Positions 56,378 to 64,000 of a stretch of 64,000 nucleotides of DNA are shown here, one piece after another. The translations under genes were made by a program, and so were the position numbers. Source of the DNA: Cenarchaeum sp. Lineage in GTDB: Archaea > Thermoproteota > Nitrososphaeria > Nitrososphaerales > Nitrosopumilaceae. The notes below the pieces were generated by a model, which worked only from the letters and a program-made list of their open reading frames with translations, searched no databases and was not told where the DNA came from. Position 1 is the stretch's first letter. The number at the start of each line of letters is the position of its first letter. Where the stretch lies: NCBI GenBank assembly GCA_965242695.1, contig CBDESU010000002.1, positions 608,001 to 672,000 on the forward strand, in the 5' to 3' direction.

Positions 56378-57724
56378 CTAGTCCCTTGCCAGCTTGCGGG
56401 CGCCCGAGTACCTTGCGGCCAGCTCGTCCTCGAAGAAGAACTTGTCGTCGAACGCCGGCCTGAGGTCGTCGAGCCATATGGCCGACTCGTCGTACTCGGC
56501 GTACATCGGCCGGTTGACCCACTCGGGGTTGCGCCCCTGCAGGAACCGCAGCGACATGACCTTCTTGCCGTTGATAACGGGCGTGCCGTCGATCATGACC
56601 TTGCCCGGCGTGGCCGACATGCTCGGGCCCCGCACGGTCCGGCCCAGGCCGCTGACCTGCCTGTAGGCTGTGCGGAATATCTCGTACGCCCGAACGAGCG
56701 GGATGCCAAAGTAGTGCTGCGCGCCGGTGTCGCGCACGACGAACATGTAGTACGGAATGCAGCCGAGCCGGACCTGCTCGCGCCACATCTGCGCCCACAC
56801 GCCGGCATCGTCGTTGATGTGCGAGAGGAGCGGCGACTGCGTGCGTATCTGCGCGCCGGTCGCGCGCACCTTTTTGATCGCGTCCGCCACGGCGGGCGTG
56901 CCCATCTCGACGTGGTGGTTGAAGTGCGACATGATGGCAAGGTGCAGCCCCGCGTCGGTTATCTCGCCGAATACGGAGAGCAGTTCCTCCGCATCGGGGT
57001 CGGTGAGCACCTTGTACGGCCAGTACGCGAGCATCTTTGTCCCTATCCGAATGGTCCGGAGGTGGGGGATTCTGGCCTCTATCAGGGCCCGAACGTACCT
57101 GCCGAACATGCCGGCCTTCATTATCATCGGATCGCCGCCGGTGAACAGGATGTCGGATATCTCGGGGTGCTCCTGCACGTACTGGACTAGCTGCTCGCCC
57201 TCGCGCATCGCAAACTTCATGTCGTCCATGCCGACGAACTGCGGCCACCTAAAGCAAAAGCTGCAGTACGCGTGGCACGTCTGGCTCTGGCTCGGAAAGA
57301 ACAGGCACGTCTCCTTGTACTTGTGCTGCATCCCGTACAGCTTTGTGCCGTCCCTCAGCGACGGGACGTTCAGCTCTAGCTGGCCGGCCGGGTGGGGGTT
57401 GAGCTGCAGCCGTATCTCGTTGGCCGTCTCGGCGACCTCCTTGCGGTCTGCGCCCGCGCGTAGCTTGCCGGCCATCTGCTCAAAGTGCCTCGGCTTGAGC
57501 ATGTTGCGCTGCGGGAACGTCAGGACGTACATCGGGTCGTTCGGCACGTTGTCCCAGTCGATGAGCTGCTCGACGACGTAGTTGTTGGCCTTGAACGGCA
57601 GGACGCTGCCGACGACCTCCATCTCGAAGCGGGTCTCCTCGGGGAGCTTTTCGATCTGGGGCAGCTTGCGAAAGTTCGAGAGCGTGTAGGACGCGAGCGA
57701 CGGCGGCTCGGCCTCGCTCCACAT
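56378..57724 (-). CDS. KamA-family (lysine 2,3-aminomutase-like) radical SAM protein
   Basis: HKYKET, CHAYCSFCFR, LFTGGDP, HFNH and PYYMF. Start inferred at ATG 57724. Confidence 0.88.
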   Translation of the reverse strand: MWSEAEPPSLASYTLSNFRKLPQIEKLPEETRFEMEVVGSVLPFKANNYVVEQLIDWDNVPNDPMYVLTFPQRNMLKPRHFEQMAGKLRAGADRKEVAETANEIRLQLNPHPAGQLELNVPSLRDGTKLYGMQHKYKETCLFFPSQSQTCHAYCSFCFRWPQFVGMDDMKFAMREGEQLVQYVQEHPEISDILFTGGDPMIMKAGMFGRYVRALIEARIPHLRTIRIGTKMLAYWPYKVLTDPDAEELLSVFGEITDAGLHLAIMSHFNHHVEMGTPAVADAIKKVRATGAQIRTQSPLLSHINDDAGVWAQMWREQVRLGCIPYYMFVVRDTGAQHYFGIPLVRAYEIFRTAYRQVSGLGRTVRGPSMSATPGKVMIDGTPVINGKKVMSLRFLQGRNPEWVNRPMYAEYDESAIWLDDLRPAFDDKFFFEDELAARYSGARKLARD

Positions 57725-57839
57725 GGCCTGCTGCTGGAGGGACACTAGGCGTGCCGGAAGGCGGGCCTTTTTAAGTCTTGAATATGGGGCCTGCGCGGGG
57801 CGGCGGCGCCGGCTGGCTTTGGAGGTCTGCGCTGCCTGC

Positions 57840-58340
57840 ACCTGCTCGGCGGCCTGGACGTGGAGGCCATCACGTGGGGCGGGAACGTCACCTCTGCAAA
57901 GGACACGATCACGACGGGCGCGGGCGCTGCGGATGTGGGCGCCGCCAGCGCTGAATATCTGCCTGCGAAGGACGCGATCACGACGGTCTCGGACGCGGGG
58001 AACGTCACGGTGCTGGACTCGGAGCCGTTCAGGGCGGGTCGCCCGGATCTGCTAGCCCCGTCATGTCGATCGTCACGCTGGTGGCATCTCCCGCGCCGGT
58101 GAAGTTGCGCAGTGTGGAGGCGCCATCCATGTCCAGCTCCTTGATGACAGCCCACAGCGGCTCGGGGTCGCCGATGTGGGGCATCACTGGCCCAACGGCA
58201 ATGGCCCCCACGCTGTTGAACTCGTCCTCGGACACGTCGGGGAGCAGGGAGGACGCAAACGTCCCGTTCGGGTTGAGCGCCTGGACTCGATCATCCTGTC
58301 GTCGACTGCGACGATCTCACGGTTTGGCCCGACGGCCATG
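57840..58340 (-). pseudogene. Frameshifted partial copy of the NHL protein region at about 60480-60950
   Basis: Fragments AVGPNREIVAVDD, AIAVGPVMPHIGDPEPLWAV and LNGSESSTVTFPASETVVIASFA/AEVTFPP lie in different frames and match 59431-62643. Confidence 0.85.
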
Positions 58341-58581
58341 TGGCGAGGGCGCCCAGCCCTGTCGGAGCTCGAGCCCCGGCGCTCCGGCACGGGGCCGGAA
58401 CGGGGGGGCGGCGCGATCGACAGCAGGCAGGCCGCCGGCCGCCTTAGGGCCTCTGGCCGCCTCTCAACGCCCGCAAATCCCCACACTCTATCCGGCGCGA
58501 TGCACGGTTGCGGAACGGCCAGCAGGCGGCGCGGCGGCCGCCCTAGTCGGGCGGTCAGCATAGGTGCGGATGAGGAATCAA

Positions 58582-58788
58582 CTAAGGACGCCGTGCAAAC
58601 AAACCAAGAACGACACCGATCGCAAAAACAACAAACCCAACCAAACCTAAAGCCATGGCATCCAATAAGGTCTTACCATTCACAAGAATGCCTTTAACCT
58701 CAACAAAAGACGACGCAATGACCACAAACAAAATGCCCACAACGGCCATGCCCACCCCAACAGCAAACACAGCACGTCCCATAATCAC
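58582..58788 (-). CDS. Small two-TM membrane protein (AT-rich)
   Basis: 68-aa hydrophobic ORF, with ttatattg about 25 bp upstream on the minus strand. Confidence 0.55.
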   Translation of the reverse strand: MIMGRAVFAVGVGMAVVGILFVVIASSFVEVKGILVNGKTLLDAMALGLVGFVVFAIGVVLGLFARRP

Positions 58789-58942
58789 GACCGGCGCCCG
58801 CGCCTAACAATATAATCAATCGCAAACTAACATGAGCTGCCGTCCAGCAGGCAGGCCGGCGGCCGCCGCGTTGGGCCCTCAGGCTGACGGTGCGCCCTGA
58901 CCTGCTGGACGGCCGCCGTCTTGCTCCCCGCCGCTCAAGCCC

Positions 58943-59434
58943 TTACCCCAGGGACTGGCCGCCGGAACGGGGCGCCGCGCGGGGCTCGAGCTCCGGCAAC
59001 CCGCGGCTGGCGTCGACGGCCCACAAGGCCTCCCGCCACACGACGCGCAAAAGATTACCGACGAACTCAAGGCGGTTGCGGGGGACGGCATCCAAGGCCC
59101 AGCGCGGCAAGGGCGCGCCGTACGGACCACGGCACGCACCTGCTCCAGTACCGTGCCGCTTATCCCAGACCTGCGACATATAGACGACGTGCTTGCCGAG
59201 GCGCCGCGCATGGTCGATCTCGTCCTGCGCATCGGCGTCGATATAGAGGCGGCACCGGTGGGCGGCCAGGCCGTCGGGCAAGTCGACGACGAAGACAATC
59301 GACGAGGCCTCAATCTTGTCGCGGTGCGAACCGATCGAGGACACGCTCCAGCCATCGAGAGCGAGCATGCGCGATACGAAATCGGACGCCTCGGCGTGCC
59401 GGACCGGGCAGATCAGGGTGCAGGTGCGGATCAT
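58943..59434 (-). CDS. Small protein with a nucleoside-2-deoxyribosyltransferase-like signature
   Basis: HRDKIEASSIVFVVD...YIDADAQDEIDHARRLGKHVVY. The ATG overlaps the NHL gene stop (ATGA). Confidence 0.5.
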   Translation of the reverse strand: MIRTCTLICPVRHAEASDFVSRMLALDGWSVSSIGSHRDKIEASSIVFVVDLPDGLAAHRCRLYIDADAQDEIDHARRLGKHVVYMSQVWDKRHGTGAGACRGPYGAPLPRWALDAVPRNRLEFVGNLLRVVWREALWAVDASRGLPELEPRAAPRSGGQSLG

Positions 59435-62400
59435 GCAGGGGGCACCACCATGGGAGCGTCCGGCGCGCGCGGGACCGTGGGCGGCGCCGCTGGCTCGACG
59501 CATTCCGCCTGATAGGTAATACTCTGCGTGAGCGTGCCGCCCTGCAAGGCATCGTAAGGCGTCAGGTTGAGCCTGAACGACAAATCAACCCAATTGTCGG
59601 CCCCAAGCCCCCTGCCCACGACGGCCGTCCCGTCGACAAGCGGCGCATAATCAACCCCGTCCCCACTCTCAATGAACTCGCCTCCGACAAAGCGGCCCGC
59701 CTCACGCATCTCGGTTACGCTGGCCGGCATGGTCGCGAGCAGATATGCGGTAAAGACACTTGGCGCAGTGCCCCCAACTTGCCCAGAGGTGGAGGGAGGC
59801 AAGGGCGGGCGTGGCGCGGCCGGCAACGGCATCGCCGCGTCCTGCCAGGGGGTTGCCTCGATCTCGACCTGCGCGAACGGCAGTGATCCCGCATTCTGCA
59901 CCTCCTGGATAAACGGCTCCGAATACCCGCCCGGCATCGCTGTCAAGGCAAATTCAGGCTCGGAGAGGTAAACCGAGCACGTCGGCCCGAACGTCGGCTC
60001 GACGGCGGGATCGGGCGGGGGCACGACGACGACGGGCGGCAGAGGGGCAACCGTTCCGTTGGTGCCATTACTTCCGCCCCCGCCGCCTCCGGGCATGAAG
60101 GATGGGATGGTCGGCTGGTCAGGATCGACGACGATGCCTGGGACGGGGCCCCCGGCGGACACCGTGCCGAACTTGGTCAGGTGATAAGTATGGACCACTT
60201 TGGCGCCGTCCGCAGAGTCTATCTGGCACTCGCCGACGCCGCCCATCTGCTGATGCGCCGCGTCGACATCGTCGGCTGCGCATGCCGCGTCAATGGGAAC
60301 GATCGTGCCGTTGGGCCCCTCGATATAGAACGCGCGGCCGCCCGCCTGTCCCTCAAGCGCTATGCGGATCGGCAGATCAAACATGATGCGCGGGCCCGCC
60401 TCGGCGCCGACCTCGACGACGCTCTGCAACAGCACGACCAGCTCGGGTCCGCTCCCGTTCCGCCCCAGCGCAGCCTGCACCTGCTCGGCGGCCGGCACGT
60501 CGGCGGCCACCCGCAGGGCCAGCTTCCCGCCGGCCGGCACATACGAGGCCGTCACATTGGGCGGGAACGTCACCTCTGCGAAGGACGCAATCACGACGGT
60601 CTCTGACGCGGGGAACGTTACGGTGCTGGACTCGGAGCCGTTCAGGGAATCGGCCCCGCCCGGCCCCGCCAGCGCCGCCACGTCGATCGTCACGTTGGCA
60701 ACGTCCCCCACGTCGGTGAAGTTGCGCAGTATGGGGCCACCCACATCCGGCCCGACGACGGCCCACAGTGGATCGGGATCGCCGATGGGGCGGGGCATCA
60801 CGGGCCCGACGGCAACGGCCCCCACGCCGTCGAACTTGCCCTGGGACACGTCGGGGAGCAGGGCGAACGCAAACGTGCCGTTCGGGTTGAACACCTGGAC
60901 TCGATCAGCATCGTCGTCGACCACAACGATCTCACGGTTCGGGCCGACGGCCACGCTTACGGCATCGACATCGATCTCGGTGGCGAACGCAAATGTCCCA
61001 TCGGGATTGAACACCCGACTGAGGCTGCCCTGAACCACCACGAACCGGCCGTCAGGGCCGACGGCAACCGCATCGGCGGTGCCAAAGAGGTGAGTGGGCG
61101 GCCGATCCAACGGAATGGTAAAGGCCACCGTGCCATTGGGTTCGAATACATGGATGCCCGAGCTCTCGGAATAGGCCTCAGTCACCAGAATTCTGCCGTC
61201 GGGGCTGACAGCCGCCTGCCCCGGACTCCAATGCCAAGAATCACCACGGAGCTCTGACACGGACATACCGTCGGGGCTGAACACCTGAACACGGCCGCCA
61301 GAACCATACGGCGCGTCGACCACCACAATGTTCCCGTTCGGGGCAACGGCCACATCGCGCACGTGGTTGATCTGCCCCGCACCCCCACCACTCGACCCGA
61401 ACGCCAAGGCGGGCGCGCCGTCAGGCTCGAACACCAAGATGCGGTGCTTGCGGGTATCCCCGACGACGATCCTGCCATCCGGCCCGACGGCAACCTGGTG
61501 CGGCTCATAGAACGCATCGTCGCCATGCCCATACTCCCCGAACGCGAAGTCAAGCGTCCCGTTGGGATGGAAGACGCTAATGGTGCGGTTGCCAGGCTCC
61601 GCCACCACGATCCTGCCATCCGGCCCGACGGCCGCATCCGTCGGGCGATCGAACCCGCCCTGCACGCTTCCATGGCCTCCAAAGGTCAGCGCCCGCGTCC
61701 CGTTGGCGTGAAAGACGCGAACGAGGTCGTCATTACTCCCAACCACGATCTCCCCGTTCGGCCCGACGGCAACCCCTGAATAATCCCCGACATTAGTAAC
61801 CTCAATGCCAGGCATGTCCACGATCGTTCCGTTGGTGCCTGGCTTGTAGGATGTTCCGTTGAGGGGAAGGTTTAAGAACGTGCCGTTGGGGAGAGGGCGG
61901 TAGACCTGGACACCATAACTCGTCCCCACCACGATCTGCCCGTCCGGGGCGACGTCGACACCATTAATCACACCACAATGATCATCGTAGACGGCAAACG
62001 AAAGCGCAGCCGTTCCGTTGGGGTGGATGATCCGGACATCGTTTCGATCATAACAACCACCCCGATAATTAAAATCACTCACCACGATCCGGCCGTTGGG
62101 GGCGACGACCATGCCCGTGACGCCCCAAGATCGCGGAGGAGGCTCATCGTGGCGCGACACCCCAAACACGGACGCAAACGTGCCGTCCGGCTCGAACACC
62201 TGGATGCGGCTGGCCTCTGCGACGACGATCCGGCCGTTGGGGGCGACGGCGGCCGCCACAGGATGCTGCACAAGCCCGATGCCCTCACCATGCCACACGA
62301 CCTGGAACGCATACGTGCCATTGGGGTAGAACGCATGGACGCCCAAATACGGCTCGGTCGTCACGATCATCCCGTCCGACCCGATGTCGATTGAATTGGC

Positions 62401-62643
62401 TTTGCCAAATCCCAATCCAAACGTGAAGGCAAATGTCCCGTCTGGGTAGAACGCCTGGAGGCGGTTATTGCCTCGGTCAGCCACGACGATCATGCCCGGC
62501 TCGGCGCCGTCTTGGTCGGCATGGGCCGCCGGCAGGCCGAGCCCCGCCGCCGCGGGAACCATAACCGCCAGGCCCGCGGCGACGACAACGGCGGCTGTCA
62601 GCGCCAGCGCCCTGCCCCCTTCAACTCCTCGCAACCCCCGCAT
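59431..62643 (-). CDS. Large exported NHL-repeat beta-propeller protein (1070 aa)
   Basis: Signal peptide, about 12 repeats of AV.PDG.IVV.D....RIQVF.PDGTF...FG, and a C-terminal beta-rich domain. Confidence 0.92.
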   Translation of the reverse strand: MRGLRGVEGGRALALTAAVVVAAGLAVMVPAAAGLGLPAAHADQDGAEPGMIVVADRGNNRLQAFYPDGTFAFTFGLGFGKANSIDIGSDGMIVTTEPYLGVHAFYPNGTYAFQVVWHGEGIGLVQHPVAAAVAPNGRIVVAEASRIQVFEPDGTFASVFGVSRHDEPPPRSWGVTGMVVAPNGRIVVSDFNYRGGCYDRNDVRIIHPNGTAALSFAVYDDHCGVINGVDVAPDGQIVVGTSYGVQVYRPLPNGTFLNLPLNGTSYKPGTNGTIVDMPGIEVTNVGDYSGVAVGPNGEIVVGSNDDLVRVFHANGTRALTFGGHGSVQGGFDRPTDAAVGPDGRIVVAEPGNRTISVFHPNGTLDFAFGEYGHGDDAFYEPHQVAVGPDGRIVVGDTRKHRILVFEPDGAPALAFGSSGGGAGQINHVRDVAVAPNGNIVVVDAPYGSGGRVQVFSPDGMSVSELRGDSWHWSPGQAAVSPDGRILVTEAYSESSGIHVFEPNGTVAFTIPLDRPPTHLFGTADAVAVGPDGRFVVVQGSLSRVFNPDGTFAFATEIDVDAVSVAVGPNREIVVVDDDADRVQVFNPNGTFAFALLPDVSQGKFDGVGAVAVGPVMPRPIGDPDPLWAVVGPDVGGPILRNFTDVGDVANVTIDVAALAGPGGADSLNGSESSTVTFPASETVVIASFAEVTFPPNVTASYVPAGGKLALRVAADVPAAEQVQAALGRNGSGPELVVLLQSVVEVGAEAGPRIMFDLPIRIALEGQAGGRAFYIEGPNGTIVPIDAACAADDVDAAHQQMGGVGECQIDSADGAKVVHTYHLTKFGTVSAGGPVPGIVVDPDQPTIPSFMPGGGGGGSNGTNGTVAPLPPVVVVPPPDPAVEPTFGPTCSVYLSEPEFALTAMPGGYSEPFIQEVQNAGSLPFAQVEIEATPWQDAAMPLPAAPRPPLPPSTSGQVGGTAPSVFTAYLLATMPASVTEMREAGRFVGGEFIESGDGVDYAPLVDGTAVVGRGLGADNWVDLSFRLNLTPYDALQGGTLTQSITYQAECVEPAAPPTVPRAPDAPMVVPPA

Positions 62644-62828
62644 GGCGCCCCGCTAATCACTGCTCTATAAGAACCCGCACCGCCGACCAAACGTATGACA
62701 GTGTAATACAGCAGGAGCCTCGGCGGGGCGTCGCAACGCGCCGCACGGTCACCCGCACCCGCCCCGCCGACGGCGCGGCGGCCCCTCCGCCGAACGGTTT
62801 TTGAGGGCTCGCCAGCCGCGCCGGCGCG

Positions 62829-64000
62829 ATGGCCAACGGAGAGATCGTCGATGCCGTCTCGGGGCAGGCAGGCCAGTTCGAGGCCGTCTCGCAGCTGCTC
62901 GCGACGCACCCGTCCCTCCAGGTCGCCGTCGTGGCCCTCGTCGCTGGCATCATCGGCATCATGCTTGTATACAGGAGGCTCGCCCGCTGGTCGCTCTCCA
63001 AGAGGTTCTCGTACACCAGACCGCACGTGTCCCGGTTCGTCCGGGTCGCAGTCCTGCCGTTCTTTGCGATCGCCCTAATCAGCTCGATCAACGCCTACGC
63101 CCACGCGTTCGAGCTGTTCGGGCACCACCCGGGCCTGTCGGCAGAGGCAGCCGAGGCCAACCGCATAGCGAGCGAGACGTTTGCAAAGCTGCTCAACACG
63201 ATGAACATCCTCGTCATCGGGTACGCCGTGGCCCACCTGATCCCGATCATCCTCACAAAGCGCGAAAAGTCGCTGCTCGAAAAGGAGGATTTTGACGAGT
63301 GGTTTGCAAGGCGGGGGTTTGCCGACGACGACGGCGACGTGTTCCACACGATGTACAAGTGGACGCCGCCGCGGACGGCCCCCGAAGGCATGGGGGACGC
63401 CGAGTTCCAAGAAAAGCTCGGGACGGACGAGGGACGGAGGCACCTGGAGGAGTACCACACCCCCAAGGGCAACCCGATCGGCAGCTACGAGGAGGTCGCC
63501 GGCGACCCGTTCGAAAAGTGGAAGATCGCCGAGCGGGCAAAGTACGCCAGGTACCTCGACGCGTGCCTGTCGGGCGGCAACGAGTCGGGCAGAGTGCTGC
63601 GCATGGGGCAGAGGCCCGGCGAGATATACCCCATCGACACGTGGAGAGAGGAGAAGCGCCGCGGCGGGCACGCCGGGATATCGGCGGGCGCCCGGCCGCC
63701 GGGCTATGCCGCAAGGAAGCGCAAGGACATGCCCAGGTCGGTCACGCAGATCATGCCGGTCGCGATTTTCCTGTCCGTCGTGCTCGGCGTCGTCAGCTGG
63801 TGGGGCGTCGACCTGATCGTACTTGCGACCGCAACCGGCGGGCTTGCCATCGGCATCGGGTTCGCCCTGCAGGAGACGATGCAGAACTGGTTCGCCTACA
63901 TCATGATCAGAAAGGACAAGATCATGGTCGAGGGCGACCGCGTCCTGCTCGACACGGGGTACAACGGGTACGTCCACAAGATAACGGCGCGGGTCACGTA
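62829..64000 (+). CDS. MscS-family mechanosensitive channel (partial, runs off the window end)
   Basis: The frame from ATG 62829 stays open to the end: TM helices, then GGLAIGIGFALQETMQNWFAYIMIRKDKIMVEGDRVLLDTGYNGYV. Confidence 0.85.
   Translation, partial: MANGEIVDAVSGQAGQFEAVSQLLATHPSLQVAVVALVAGIIGIMLVYRRLARWSLSKRFSYTRPHVSRFVRVAVLPFFAIALISSINAYAHAFELFGHHPGLSAEAAEANRIASETFAKLLNTMNILVIGYAVAHLIPIILTKREKSLLEKEDFDEWFARRGFADDDGDVFHTMYKWTPPRTAPEGMGDAEFQEKLGTDEGRRHLEEYHTPKGNPIGSYEEVAGDPFEKWKIAERAKYARYLDACLSGGNESGRVLRMGQRPGEIYPIDTWREEKRRGGHAGISAGARPPGYAARKRKDMPRSVTQIMPVAIFLSVVLGVVSWWGVDLIVLATATGGLAIGIGFALQETMQNWFAYIMIRKDKIMVEGDRVLLDTGYNGYVHKITARVT

Noticed and set aside
58360-58998. 18-bp inverted match (tgtcggagctcgagcccc / ggggctcgagctccggca) around the small membrane gene, as a possible MITE
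   Set aside because: No flanking TSD seen, one arm lies inside a probable CDS, and the match could be chance in GC-rich DNA.

Overview
Very GC-rich archaeal DNA, most likely a Nitrososphaerota (Thaumarchaeota, Nitrosopumilaceae-like) genome. This is inferred from the PCNA, TFS/RpoL, two TFBs, archaeal TyrS, thaumarchaeal-type secreted proteins and TATA boxes about 25-30 bp before start codons. The giant NHL-repeat and TPR proteins are consistent with a host-associated (e.g. sponge) symbiont. Layout: (i) 0.6-16 kb is a defence/conflict-like island with an orphan GHKL ATPase, two paralogous helical proteins flanking an SRA-like domain protein, DUF5131, a pRiA4b-ORF3 Zn-finger protein, a NurA-HerA pair whose herA carries one in-frame TAG, duplicated TPR genes and an HTH-ImmA/IrrE + DUF4411(PIN) pair. 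(ii) A nucleotide-sugar operon. (iii) Two complete IS66-like elements with TIRs and 8-bp TSDs, whose transposases contain large in-frame low-complexity insertions. (iv) Housekeeping genes interrupted by a low-GC gmrSD-like gene and a lower-GC UvrD-nuclease + HAD pair. (v) A perfect 59-bp tandem array made from the 3' end of a J-domain gene. (vi) glnA plus a KamA-family radical SAM gene, an NHL beta-propeller surface protein with a decayed partial copy, and a truncated MscS gene. No rRNA, tRNA or CRISPR array was recognised. All calls are by eye from motifs; no database searches were run.
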